Part shown: positions 11,904-22,672 of the stretch, piece after piece
How the letters are laid out: the number at the start of each line of letters is the position of its first letter
Position numbering within the stretch: the first letter of the stretch is position 1
Sequence record: OZ335962.1
Length of the DNA: 64,000 nt
Source of the DNA: a phage
Reading direction: 5' to 3' (one strand)
Notes under the pieces: generated by a model
Told to the model about the DNA's origin: nothing
What the model saw: the letters and a program-made list of their open reading frames with translations, nothing else
The model's database searches: none
Position numbers and translations under genes: made by a program

Positions 11904-13082
11904 TTAAAAATATTTTTTAAAACTCATCATAACTTTATCATCAACATCATTATCAATCTGTGCTACAAGGTAAGATGACAGTTCTACTTCTTGTGGCGCG
12001 GATTGAACATTATCAGAATTAAGATATTCACGAATCCAAGGATACGGATGTTTAACCGGAGCATCGGTAATTGGGCATGGAAGACCGCACTGTTTCATAC
12101 GAGATACGGTTAAGTAATCAATAAAGCTCCACATGCTATTTGTATTTAATCCAGGAACATCACCATCTTTAAATAAATGAACTGCCCAGTCTTTTTCTTG
12201 ACGGTTAACTTCCATGAAAATATCAACTGCTTCTTGTTCACACTCTTGGGCGATTTTAACCCATTCATCACCATCAGTGCCAAGTTGAAGTTGACGAATA
12301 ATATATTGGGTGCCTTTAAGGTGAAGCTGCTCATCACGTGCAATGAACTTCATAATCTTGGCATTACCTTCCATGATTTCCATGTTCTTATGGAAGTTAA
12401 AGGTACATGCGAAAGATACATAAAAACGAATAGCTTCCAATGCGTTGATTACATGCAGACAAAGGTAAAGAGAACGCATTAGTTCGTATTTGCATTCTTC
12501 TACATGCATAAGGCTATTTGAATATGCGTCCAAATCATATTCATTCTCTGAAAAACACCTAAAAATTTCTTTTGCGTTTTCCCATTCACGAGTTTTCTCA
12601 ATAACATCATCATAATAACGACCAATAGATTCAGCACGTTTCATAATAGCTTTATCTAATACAATCTCATCAAATACCTTTGACGGATCAGTATAAAGAT
12701 TTCGCATGATATGAGTATATGAACGGCTGTGAATAGTTTCACTAAAAGTCCATGTAGCAACCCATGTATCAAGACTTGGGTCTGAAATTAACGACATAAG
12801 TACAGCAGACGGTGCACGACCCTGAATGCTATCCAAAAGTGATTGATACTTCAGGTTATTAGTAAAAATATCTTGCTGATACTGGGGAAGCTTGTTAAAT
12901 TGTGCAGCATCCATCATCAAGTTTACTTCTTCAGGACGCCAGAAAAATGACAATTGCTTTTCGGTTAAATCTTCAAAAACTTTATGGCGTTGAATATCAT
13001 AACGCGCAATACCAAGACCTGAACCGAAGAACATAGGTTCTTTTAAAACATCAACTGGATTTGTATTAAAAACTGTGCTCAT
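11904..13082 (-). CDS. nrdB: ribonucleotide reductase small subunit (class Ia)
   Basis: 392-aa uninterrupted ORF with NrdB-like sequence. No intron. Confidence 0.95.
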   Translation of the reverse strand: MSTVFNTNPVDVLKEPMFFGSGLGIARYDIQRHKVFEDLTEKQLSFFWRPEEVNLMMDAAQFNKLPQYQQDIFTNNLKYQSLLDSIQGRAPSAVLMSLISDPSLDTWVATWTFSETIHSRSYTHIMRNLYTDPSKVFDEIVLDKAIMKRAESIGRYYDDVIEKTREWENAKEIFRCFSENEYDLDAYSNSLMHVEECKYELMRSLYLCLHVINALEAIRFYVSFACTFNFHKNMEIMEGNAKIMKFIARDEQLHLKGTQYIIRQLQLGTDGDEWVKIAQECEQEAVDIFMEVNRQEKDWAVHLFKDGDVPGLNTNSMWSFIDYLTVSRMKQCGLPCPITDAPVKHPYPWIREYLNSDNVQSAPQEVELSSYLVAQIDNDVDDKVMMSFKKYF

Positions 13083-13133
13083 AAATTTTCCGCTTAGTTA
13101 ATAGATAGTGACTCGTCCGTGAGTCAAATTATA

Positions 13134-15398
13134 TCATAATTTACAGGATGAACAATCTTCAGCTTTTGGAGTTTCTATTTCATAATCATCAGTACCAGAA
13201 CCGTCACGGGTATTATGATAATAGAAATTTTTTCCGCCAAAATACCAAAAATACAAAAGGTCATCAATCATTATTGACATTGGAACCTTTCCTTTTGGAA
13301 AAATCTGCGGGTCATAATATGTATTCGCTGAAGCTGATTGACACACCCATTTCAGCATAATAGCTACTTGCGTAAGATAAGGTTTATTGCCTTTCTTAGC
13401 TAATTTCCATGTATAATCATAGAGGTCTATGTTGTGCTCAATATTGGGCACGACTTGATTAAAGGAGCCCTCTTTTGATTCTTTAACAGAGACTGGTCCA
13501 CGTGGAGGCTCGATACCGTTTGTACTGTTAGAAACTTGGGAAGATGACTCACATGGCATAAGTGCTGATAATGTGCTATTACGGATGCCAAAGAGCTTAA
13601 GGTCTTCCCGCAGCGACGACCAGTCACAAACGTATTTTGGAGCTGCGATTTGGTCAATCTTTTTATTGTACCAGTCGATAGGTAATTCGCCTCGAGACCA
13701 ACGAGTGTCTGAATAATATTCGCAAGGTCCTTTTTCTTTGGCGAGCTTAATGGATGCTTTAATGAGTCCATACTGTAGTCTCTCAAATAGTTCATGTGTT
13801 AAATCGTTAGCATCTTCATAAGAAGCAAAATTACTTGCCAGCCAAGCTGCATAGTTAGTAACACCTACGCCAAGGTTTCGACGCTTTTTAGCTTTTTCTG
13901 CTTCAGGAACTGGATATCCTTGGTAATCCAAAAGATTATCAAGAGCACGAACTTGGACTTCTGCCAATTCATTAATTTTATCTTGGTCTTGCCAATCGAA
14001 GTTATCTAACACAAATGCAGATAACGTGCACAATCCAATTTCAGCATCAGGACTATTCACATCATTTGTTGGAATAGCAATTTCACAGCACAAGTTGCTC
14101 TGACGAATAGGTGCCTTTTCACGAATAAATGGAGTATAGTTATTCGTATTATCAATGAACTGCACATAAATCCTTGCTGTTCCTGAGCGTTCAGTCATGA
14201 GTAATTCAAACAGTTCACGGGCTTTAATACGCTTTTTACGAATATTAGGGTCTTTTTCTGCAGCTTCGTATAATTCACGGAAACGGTCTTGGTCTTTAAA
14301 ATAAGAATAATAAAGTTCGCCACCCATTTCATGTGGACTGAACAAAGTAATGTAATCATTCTTTCCAAATCGTTCCATCATCAAATCATTCAGCTGGACG
14401 CCATAATCCATATGACGGATACGGTTTTCTTCTACGCCTTTGTTATTTTTCAAAACGAGAAGATTTTCAACTTCCAAATGCCAAATAGGATAATAAGCAG
14501 TAGCAGCGCCGCCACGAATTCCGCCCTGTGAACATGATTTAACAGCAGTCTGAAAATGTTTCCAAAAAGGAATAACACCAGTATGACGTACTTCACCTGT
14601 GCCAATCTTAGAACCTTCGGCACGAATCATACCAACGTTAATACCAATTCCAGCGCGTTTGGAGATATATTCAACAATTGAAGCGGAAGCCTTATTGATA
14701 GACTTTAATGAATCACCTGCCTCAATAACAACGCATGAACTAAACTGCCGAGTTGGAGTACGGCAACCAGCCATAATAGGAGTTGGCAGTGAAATCTGTC
14801 GAGTAGATACTGCTTCATAAAAACGAATAACATGTTTTAATCTATCAACAGGTTCATCTTGATGCAATGCCATTCCAATAGTCATAAATGCAAACTGTGG
14901 AGTTTCATAAATTTGACCAGTGGTTTTATCTTTAACTAGATATTTTTCTTTTAATTGCATCGCCCCGGAATAAGTAAATTCCATATCCCGTTCGTGCTTA
15001 ATTTTTGATTCTAAAAATGTAATTTCTTCTGCTGAATATTTTGACAACAGTTCAGGGTCATATTTACCTTCATTTACACAGTAAGAAATATGGTCAATAA
15101 ATGAACGTGGTTCATACTGCCCGTAAACATGCTTACGAAGAGCGAACATTAAGCAGCGTGCAGCTACATATTGATAATCAGGCTCTTCAACTGAAATAGA
15201 ATTCGCAGCAGCCTTAATGACAATAGTCTGAATGTCATCAGTTGTCATTCCATCACGGAGATATGATTTAATATTTTCATATAATTCATAAGGATCTACA
15301 GATGTTCCTTCAGCTGCCCAAGATAAAACTTTAATAATTTTTTGTGGGTCAAAGCTCTGAGAAACACCACTACTTTTGATAACATTAATTAATTGCAT
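13134..15398 (-). CDS. nrdA: ribonucleotide reductase large subunit (class Ia)
   Basis: 754 aa; N-terminal ATP-cone and catalytic CES/NLC motifs; matches T4 NrdA from memory. Confidence 0.95.
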   Translation of the reverse strand: MQLINVIKSSGVSQSFDPQKIIKVLSWAAEGTSVDPYELYENIKSYLRDGMTTDDIQTIVIKAAANSISVEEPDYQYVAARCLMFALRKHVYGQYEPRSFIDHISYCVNEGKYDPELLSKYSAEEITFLESKIKHERDMEFTYSGAMQLKEKYLVKDKTTGQIYETPQFAFMTIGMALHQDEPVDRLKHVIRFYEAVSTRQISLPTPIMAGCRTPTRQFSSCVVIEAGDSLKSINKASASIVEYISKRAGIGINVGMIRAEGSKIGTGEVRHTGVIPFWKHFQTAVKSCSQGGIRGGAATAYYPIWHLEVENLLVLKNNKGVEENRIRHMDYGVQLNDLMMERFGKNDYITLFSPHEMGGELYYSYFKDQDRFRELYEAAEKDPNIRKKRIKARELFELLMTERSGTARIYVQFIDNTNNYTPFIREKAPIRQSNLCCEIAIPTNDVNSPDAEIGLCTLSAFVLDNFDWQDQDKINELAEVQVRALDNLLDYQGYPVPEAEKAKKRRNLGVGVTNYAAWLASNFASYEDANDLTHELFERLQYGLIKASIKLAKEKGPCEYYSDTRWSRGELPIDWYNKKIDQIAAPKYVCDWSSLREDLKLFGIRNSTLSALMPCESSSQVSNSTNGIEPPRGPVSVKESKEGSFNQVVPNIEHNIDLYDYTWKLAKKGNKPYLTQVAIMLKWVCQSASANTYYDPQIFPKGKVPMSIMIDDLLYFWYFGGKNFYYHNTRDGSGTDDYEIETPKAEDCSSCKL

Positions 15399-15715
15399 AA
15401 GTCCTCAACTTGAAAATCGTCTTTAAACAATCGGTTAACTATATGAGCTATTATATCACCATGACACGGCTTTGGTTTACATGTGCATCCTAGCCTCATT
15501 CCACGTAAAGGCTCTAAATGTGCTTTAGTTATTTCTCCGGATTTAATTCGACGTATAAAATCTTTTTTGAATAATTCAATGGCAGCCTCCCGGCTGCCAG
15601 CATCTTTACCGACGTAATTTCCCCAAAATGTACCACGGTGAATATTAACATCAAAGTCGGATTTATATTTATTCACTACCTGGCATAGACGGCCCGCGCG
15701 GTGATAATTCGTCAT
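15389..15715 (-). CDS. hypothetical protein with C-x-C...C-H-G-D motif
   Basis: 108-aa ORF overlapping the nrdA start; contains [12 protein letters not shown]. Confidence 0.5.
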   Translation of the reverse strand: MTNYHRAGRLCQVVNKYKSDFDVNIHRGTFWGNYVGKDAGSREAAIELFKKDFIRRIKSGEITKAHLEPLRGMRLGCTCKPKPCHGDIIAHIVNRLFKDDFQVEDLCN

Positions 15716-15944
15716 ATTGTTTTTCCGTTAAAACAGTAATATCATAATAACAGTCAGAAGAAGTTTTAACTGTGGAAATTTTATTATCAAAATACTCACG
15801 AGTCATTTTATGAGTATAATATTTTTTGCCATAAATGATAATAGGCTGATTTGGTCCTGGAACTTCTAACTCGCTTGGATTAGGAAGTGTAAAAAGAACG
15901 ACACCAGAAGTATCTTTAAATCGTAAAATCATATATCCTCGCAA
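15669..15944 (-). CDS. hypothetical early protein
   Basis: 91-aa ORF between td and nrdA. Confidence 0.45.
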   Translation of the reverse strand: MRGYMILRFKDTSGVVLFTLPNPSELEVPGPNQPIIIYGKKYYTHKMTREYFDNKISTVKTSSDCYYDITVLTEKQYDELSPRGPSMPGSE

Positions 15945-15955
15945 TTAAATTAAAA

Positions 15956-16815
15956 TTATACCGCCATTTTTCCTTTAATTGGCGGGTGAGATACATAGTT
16001 TTTAAGAACAAAATCATGTGGCTTTGCAAATTGACTCAACCAAAATACCTGCGATTCTGTGTTCCATTCATCAAATTCATCTGGAAATTTTAATTGTAAT
16101 TCGCATAAATCCATAGGTTCACGACGCAAAATTTCTTTACATTGTTCTACGTGATTCATATAGATATGAGTATTACCACCAGAAAATATCAAATCTCCAG
16201 GAATAAGATTACACATCTTAGCTACAATATGAACTAACGTAGCATATGATGCAATATTAAATGGAAGACCGAGGAAAACATCTACCGAACGTTGATACCA
16301 CTGCAAATCCAAATAGCCATTACGCACATTAAATTGATAGAACATATGACAAGGTGGTAATGCCATTTGCTTGAGTTCAGCTGGATTCCATGCTGAAACA
16401 ATTTGACGTCTATCATTTGGCAGTTTTTTAATACGATCAACAACTTCTATAATTTGGTCTACACCACCAAAATCACGCCACTGTTTTCCATAAATTGGAC
16501 CAAGTTCACCGCTATGGTATCCTAAATCTTTTGCTTGATTTTCGTAATTTTCATCCCAGACTGTTTTGCCTTGAATTAATGAATCATGTTGAATTAATCG
16601 CAAATCATTGACATTTGTGCTTCCCGATAAAAACCATATTAGCTCAGCAATACAGGCTTTCCATGCTAATTTTTTAGTTGTTACCGCAGGAAAACCTTTA
16701 GTTAAATCCCAGCGTAATTTAGTACCAAACAAAGCAATTGTTCCTGTGCCTGTTCGGTCATCGGTTTCGTAACCATTTTCCAGGATATCTTTAATTAAAA
16801 ATTGGTATTGTTTCA

Positions 16816-16816
<1 letters not shown>
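15956..16816 (-). CDS. td: thymidylate synthase, uninterrupted
   Basis: 286 aa from MKQYQ; ThyA active site PPCH and the YQRSVD motif. No group I intron. The track start is a TTG 4 codons upstream. Confidence 0.95.
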
Positions 16817-17844
<1,028 letters not shown>

Positions 17845-17860
<16 letters not shown>

Positions 17861-18204
17861 TGAAAAGGGTCATGAGCATATCCGCTAGCGTCAATCATTT
17901 TAACTAAAGTTACCATTCCTCTGTTAACTGCTTGCGCGATTTCATCAAAAACTTCGTCACTATCATCGTAAAGGTCATTAAAAAGTTCTAATACGTTCTT
18001 CTGAACTTTTAATTTACGGCCGACAATTTCGCCTACAGTAAATTCGTTTCCGCCAAATCCAGCGTAAAATGTAATTACACCCATTAACTGGCTTTCACGG
18101 GAATCTATGTCGTGTGATAAATTAATAAAAGCCGTCCCAGGCGCGGTTTTAAGTTGGCAACGAATTTTTACTTGGGTAATTCCAGTTATATGAATGTTAG
18201 ACAT
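17845..18204 (-). CDS. hypothetical early protein
   Basis: 119-aa ORF. Confidence 0.45.
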
Positions 18205-18214
18205 AATATTTTTC

Positions 18215-18457
18215 TCAAACAGACTTTTTCACAATTTTCCAATCAGCTTTAAACTGATCAACGTCAGAATGGTAAATCCAGAATCCTGCGCTTTCTCCAT
18301 CCTCATAAAGAGGACATCCATCGCATTCATCTTCCCATCCCATATCGCGCAAAAGATGTTCAGCTTTTTCAACAAGTTCAGAATCTTTACCGATGATATT
18401 AAAATACCATTTACCTCTAACTTCTGAATCTTTAATGCTCTGACGTTGTAATCTCAT
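18215..18457 (-). CDS. hypothetical early protein
   Basis: 80-aa ORF with an early promoter upstream (about 18566..18597). Confidence 0.45.
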   Translation of the reverse strand: MRLQRQSIKDSEVRGKWYFNIIGKDSELVEKAEHLLRDMGWEDECDGCPLYEDGESAGFWIYHSDVDQFKADWKIVKKSV

Positions 18458-18595
18458 TTTATTCTCCTTAGCAAGCTTTAATCAAAAGGTATAAGCAAAC
18501 TAACATAACTGCTGCCATAATATAAGGTGCGAACATTTTCTTTTCTCCATTAGTTTTGATAGGGTAATAGTATCACACTACTACCCTTCTGTAAA

Positions 18596-19039
18596 CTACT
18601 TTTTGAAAGTTTTTTGCAAAAGTTCAATGATTTCATCTACATTGTTTTCGTCAACAATGCAATGAATTTTTGTTACGCCAGAAACCTTGTCTTTGACTTC
18701 ATCTTCTTCAGAAGTCGGTTCTTTATACTCACGAAAACAATAAAACTCTTCTTCACTAAGTTCAAAATAATCATCACCCATACCATCATCATTATAGATT
18801 TCGCCATTAGCACAAATGATTTCGGTTACATAATCAAAGCCATCTAAATTTGATATTGATTTAACTTCAAACCAATCACCATTTTCTTGAATGATGCCGA
18901 CCATATTAGCATTTGATGAGCTAATATCAATGAAAGATTTAATACGATGTGGATTTAACTCGTATTTTTTGCCGATTTCCATTTTGATTTTCCTCATTTT
19001 TAACGGGGCTATAATAGCCCCTTGATAATTATTGTTCAA
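18596..19039 (-). CDS. hypothetical acidic early protein
   Basis: 147-aa ORF. Confidence 0.5.
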   Translation of the reverse strand: MNNNYQGAIIAPLKMRKIKMEIGKKYELNPHRIKSFIDISSSNANMVGIIQENGDWFEVKSISNLDGFDYVTEIICANGEIYNDDGMGDDYFELSEEEFYCFREYKEPTSEEDEVKDKVSGVTKIHCIVDENNVDEIIELLQKTFKK

Positions 19040-19256
19040 TTAATCCCATGTAAAATTCTGTGTCTTCAGAATCCATACCATCACAATATTCATTAGCCAT
19101 AAAGCGGGTGAGATCTTCAAGAGGACCTTCAATAACGATTTGAATACTCCAAAACTTAGAATCTTGTACGCTTGTGATACTAAGCTCAGGATAACGATTA
19201 CGAATAATTTCTTCAATATATTCAAAATCAACGATGTCAATATCAACTTTAGCCAT
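19029..19256 (-). CDS. hypothetical early protein
   Basis: 75-aa ORF; early promoter at 19300..19329. Confidence 0.45.
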   Translation of the reverse strand: MAKVDIDIVDFEYIEEIIRNRYPELSITSVQDSKFWSIQIVIEGPLEDLTRFMANEYCDGMDSEDTEFYMGLIEQ

Positions 19257-19299
19257 ATTGTTTTCCTCTTTAATCGTCAGCAGTATTGCCGATAGTTGT

Positions 19300-19329
19300 A
19301 TAGTACCACAATCCTTGTGGTATGTAAAC
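19300..19329 (-). promoter_or_regulatory. early promoter (GTTTAC, 18 nt, TACTAT); copy 1 of a repeated promoter module
   Basis: Minus strand GTTTACATACCACAAGGATTGTGGTACTAT with an A/T-rich upstream element. Confidence 0.55.
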
Positions 19330-19351
19330 CGTTTTATGAAAAATTTTTGAA

Positions 19352-19379
19352 ATAAAAAAGGGGACCTCTAGGGTCCCCA
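19352..19379 (-). terminator. rho-independent terminator downstream of gene 32
   Basis: Minus strand GGGGACCC-UAGA-GGUCCCC followed by UUUUUUAUUU. Confidence 0.7.
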
Positions 19380-19400
19380 ATTAATTAGTAATATAATCTA

Positions 19401-20309
19401 TTAAAGGTCATTCAAAAGGTCATCCAGGTCTGTGTCATCAGCACTAGATGAACTGCCAGAGCTTGAGCTCATAAAATCATCTTCAGTTTTTGTATTGAAG
19501 TCATCAACATTGAATGCATCCAAATCATCAGCAACTTTATCAGCTTTCTTAGCGGCAGTCGCTGCGGCACCACCCATAGCAGCAGTTCCCATAACTTGAC
19601 TGAACTTAGTGCTCAGTTCTTCAAACGATTTGAATTTATCTTTAGAAGTCATTTCAGAAAGGTCAACCATTTGTTCGAACAGTTCTTTCTGGAAAGATTC
19701 ATCATCAATGTTTGGAATCGCAGATTGATTCAGGAATTTAGATTCATCGTAGTTACTAAAACCAGAAACTTGTTTAACTTTCAGTACAAAGTTAGCACCT
19801 TCCCACGGACAAGTTACATCAACCGGAGTTTCACCCATTTCAACATCAACTGCAATCATTGCATTGATTTTATCCCAGATTTTCTTACCGAAACGGTATT
19901 TAAATACTTTACCTTCATTTTCTGGAGCAGCTGGGTCTTTTACTACAAGAATGTTAGCCCAGTAAGAAGTTTTACGTTTAACAAGACCGTATTCTTTATT
20001 GTCAGTGTTGTACAAATCATTTTTACTGATATACTGACATACTGGGCAAGAATCGTAATCACCGTGGGTAGATGAACAGTTTTCAATATACCATTTACCG
20101 TTTTTCTTGAAACCGTGATTTACAAGAATTGCGAATGGTGCTTGTTCATCATTTTTGGACGGAAGAAAACGAATTACTGCTTGACCGTTACCCGCATTGT
20201 CGAGTTTCAATTTCCACTCGCCTTTATCTTCAGAAGAAAAACCACCTTTATTTCCAGCCAGTTTAGCCATTTGCGCAGCGAGTTCAGCAGTAGATTTACG
20301 TTTAAACAT
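19401..20309 (-). CDS. 32: gp32 single-stranded DNA-binding protein
   Basis: 302 aa; near-identical to T4 gp32 from memory, including the acidic serine-rich C-terminal tail. Confidence 0.95.
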   Translation of the reverse strand: MFKRKSTAELAAQMAKLAGNKGGFSSEDKGEWKLKLDNAGNGQAVIRFLPSKNDEQAPFAILVNHGFKKNGKWYIENCSSTHGDYDSCPVCQYISKNDLYNTDNKEYGLVKRKTSYWANILVVKDPAAPENEGKVFKYRFGKKIWDKINAMIAVDVEMGETPVDVTCPWEGANFVLKVKQVSGFSNYDESKFLNQSAIPNIDDESFQKELFEQMVDLSEMTSKDKFKSFEELSTKFSQVMGTAAMGGAAATAAKKADKVADDLDAFNVDDFNTKTEDDFMSSSSGSSSSADDTDLDDLLNDL

Positions 20310-20340
20310 TTTTATTTCCTTTTTAATTTAATTAACAGTT

Positions 20341-20375
20341 GGTGCTATGACGATGTATGACCTCATAGCTGGTCA
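20341..20375 (-). promoter_or_regulatory. gene 32 translational operator pseudoknot
   Basis: Minus strand UGACCAGCUAUGAGGUCAUACAUCGUCAUAGCACC matches the T4 gene 32 autoregulatory pseudoknot as I recall it; an unstructured A/U-rich leader follows to the AUG. Confidence 0.7.
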
Positions 20376-20392
20376 GTGAGATAATTATAATC

Positions 20393-20400
20393 TATTTATA
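20393..20400 (-). promoter_or_regulatory. late promoter TATAAATA upstream of gene 32
   Basis: Plus strand tatttata is the reverse complement of TATAAATA. Confidence 0.5.
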
Positions 20401-20408
20401 ATAAGCAA

Positions 20409-21062
20409 TTAATACTTGCAAGATTTCACAGTTTCAATAAAAACACTTTTAGCTTTCTGTGAATCAATATTTAAAATTTTTCTATAAGCCTTTAACTTTA
20501 TAGAATAATTATTCCAGACTAAATTATCAGTCTGTTCATCATGTTTATCAATTATATTTAAAAACGAATCAAGCAAGATAAACGTTTCAAACGAAATTAT
20601 ATTCGATTGAAGTAGTTTAAAAATATAACTTGATTGGACTTTTGGATTATACTCAAAGATTTCTTTAAAAGCAGAAACTTCAACTTTTTTACTAAAATAA
20701 TAAATGTTGCGAATATCTTCTTCAAACTTAAATTTAATTTGCTTTAAGCGTCCGATATATTCACGATAAAACACAAGTGCATCAGCGTCAGAGATGTCAC
20801 CAATCCAAGCATCTTGGTTAGCAACAAGATTGCTTATAAAGATTAAAGCAAGTTCCTTTAATTTATATTTTTCTGATAACTTCTGGAAAAAATACTTATC
20901 CCTTCGCTTTTGATAAGCGGCATCAGACACCCGCATGCACCAATTATACTTAATTACATCATACTTTCCATTCATATGTTGTTTTATCATTAAGTATAAT
21001 TTATAAACTGATTTACCATCAATGTATCTTTCACCACCAGCAGGCATGCGGAGTTTAATCAT
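20409..21062 (-). CDS. 59: gp59 helicase-loading protein
   Basis: 217 aa, same length as T4 gp59; position between gene 33 and gene 32. Confidence 0.85.
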   Translation of the reverse strand: MIKLRMPAGGERYIDGKSVYKLYLMIKQHMNGKYDVIKYNWCMRVSDAAYQKRRDKYFFQKLSEKYKLKELALIFISNLVANQDAWIGDISDADALVFYREYIGRLKQIKFKFEEDIRNIYYFSKKVEVSAFKEIFEYNPKVQSSYIFKLLQSNIISFETFILLDSFLNIIDKHDEQTDNLVWNNYSIKLKAYRKILNIDSQKAKSVFIETVKSCKY

Positions 21063-21397
21063 AGTAGAAAATCTAATGTATTAGTTTTTTCACAACGAAC
21101 AACAGAAGGACGTAAAAGATTTTCGTCAATAGCTTCTGACTGAATTTTTTCAATTATACCCGAAGGAATAAATTTAGCAAATTGAGTTTCAGGAATAGAA
21201 TTTTCTTCTAAGAATGCTGTTGTAGCTTCAAGATAACTCATTCCAAACTCTTCTACCATTTTTTCAATAATAAATCCATTTTCTTGGCGGTCAAGAAGCT
21301 TTGCAATTTCATCCTTTTCTTTCTTAATTGAAAGTTCTTTTTCTGAAAGACCGGTCTCATCGACCGGACGAATATCATTTAGAGAAAACTGTGTCAT
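21059..21397 (-). CDS. 33: gp33 late-transcription co-activator
   Basis: 112 aa from MTQFSLNDIRPV; the track start is a TTG 3 codons upstream. Confidence 0.8.
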   Translation of the reverse strand: MTQFSLNDIRPVDETGLSEKELSIKKEKDEIAKLLDRQENGFIIEKMVEEFGMSYLEATTAFLEENSIPETQFAKFIPSGIIEKIQSEAIDENLLRPSVVRCEKTNTLDFLL

Positions 21398-21644
21398 AAA
21401 GTTCAACTACCTCTTCAGTTTCAGCTTCAAACACATCACGGTTATCTTTATGATACAAAGCTAACAGACGATTAAACATCTTACCATCAACGCCAAGTTC
21501 ATCTTTGGCACGAATTCGAATATCTTTAATCAATTCATTATAACCAGAAATTTTCAGTTTATGATCAGATGCTTCTTTAATAAATTTAGCCAAGTCTTCG
21601 CCATGGATAGCTTCATCAAATTCAACCATTTCTTTTTTAGCCAT
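21375..21644 (-). CDS. dsbA: DsbA double-stranded DNA-binding protein
   Basis: 89 aa at the T4 dsbA position between rnh and gene 33. Confidence 0.75.
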   Translation of the reverse strand: MAKKEMVEFDEAIHGEDLAKFIKEASDHKLKISGYNELIKDIRIRAKDELGVDGKMFNRLLALYHKDNRDVFEAETEEVVELYDTVFSK

Positions 21645-21652
21645 TATTCACC

Positions 21653-22570
21653 TCAAAATTCATTAATGCTATTAGTTAATTTAGAAAGACCCGCTTTTAC
21701 AAAATATGAATAAATTTTGCCACGCGGTGGTAATTTATATGAATTATAGTAATTCACAATGTTTGAAGCAATATTATCAGGAATATAATCAAAATCAATT
21801 AGAACTAAATTTTCTTTATAACGATTATATTCAGATTCTGTGAGAAGCACCTTAGCTTGCTCACGGTCATTAGCAATAGCTTCAACAATAGAGGTTTTCA
21901 TTGAAGGAGTTCGTTCACCTTCAACTCTAGTAAACCAAAAGTCAGACCGTACTTTAACTGAAGCAACGTTATCCTTTTTATCACCTTTAAGGATTTTAGT
22001 CATACAGTCAATTTCAGCAGAACCGCTTTTAATTTTAACCCATTTCTTGTGCATCGGTGACCATTGCTTAACATTTGGGTATTTGTGAAGTTGAGTAAAG
22101 TCACCATCCGACGAAATGATTAAAATCTTATGTCCTTCTAAAGAGAACTTTTTAACAAGAACAGCAATATGGTCATCTGCTTCATACTTATCAATATCCA
22201 TAACGATGTATGGCATATAAGCTTTCAATTCATCTATAACTTTATGACTGGATTCAAAATAACCTTCCCAGTCCCAAGTAGATTCTTCTCGTGCTTTTCC
22301 GCGGTTTTTCTTATAATAATAAGCGAAATCACGGCGCCAGTATCCAGATTTCGCGTTATCAATACACAGCACAATTTTAGTGTATCCAAGAGTTTTTGCT
22401 TTTTTGACATTAAACTTAATTGAGTTCAATATCAAATGACGAACCATTGATAAATTAATTTTTTCTTTATCTGGGAAGTTTACCAGAGCAGTTGAAAGCG
22501 CAATCTGACTAAAGTCAATTAAGCAAATTCCTTCTTTGTAATCTTCATCCAGCATCATTTCTAAATCCAT
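21653..22570 (-). CDS. rnh: RNase H (FEN-family 5'-3' exonuclease)
   Basis: 305 aa from MDLEMML; flap-endonuclease-like acidic clusters. Confidence 0.9.
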   Translation of the reverse strand: MDLEMMLDEDYKEGICLIDFSQIALSTALVNFPDKEKINLSMVRHLILNSIKFNVKKAKTLGYTKIVLCIDNAKSGYWRRDFAYYYKKNRGKAREESTWDWEGYFESSHKVIDELKAYMPYIVMDIDKYEADDHIAVLVKKFSLEGHKILIISSDGDFTQLHKYPNVKQWSPMHKKWVKIKSGSAEIDCMTKILKGDKKDNVASVKVRSDFWFTRVEGERTPSMKTSIVEAIANDREQAKVLLTESEYNRYKENLVLIDFDYIPDNIASNIVNYYNSYKLPPRGKIYSYFVKAGLSKLTNSINEF

Positions 22571-22598
22571 ATGAACCTCGTTCAATTAGTGAGATTTC

Positions 22599-22627
22599 TA
22601 TTATATACTCCAAATCTTAAAGTAAAC
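22599..22627 (-). promoter_or_regulatory. early promoter for rnh
   Basis: Minus strand GTTTAC followed by TATAAT at 16-18 nt spacing. Coordinates approximate. Confidence 0.5.
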
Positions 22628-22630
22628 AAG

Positions 22631-22638
22631 TATAAATA
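22631..22638 (+). promoter_or_regulatory. late promoter TATAAATA for gene 34
   Basis: Exact TATAAATA about 35 nt upstream of the gene 34 ATG. Confidence 0.7.
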
Positions 22639-22672
22639 CTTATTATTGAAAACACAATAGGAGCCCGGGAGA

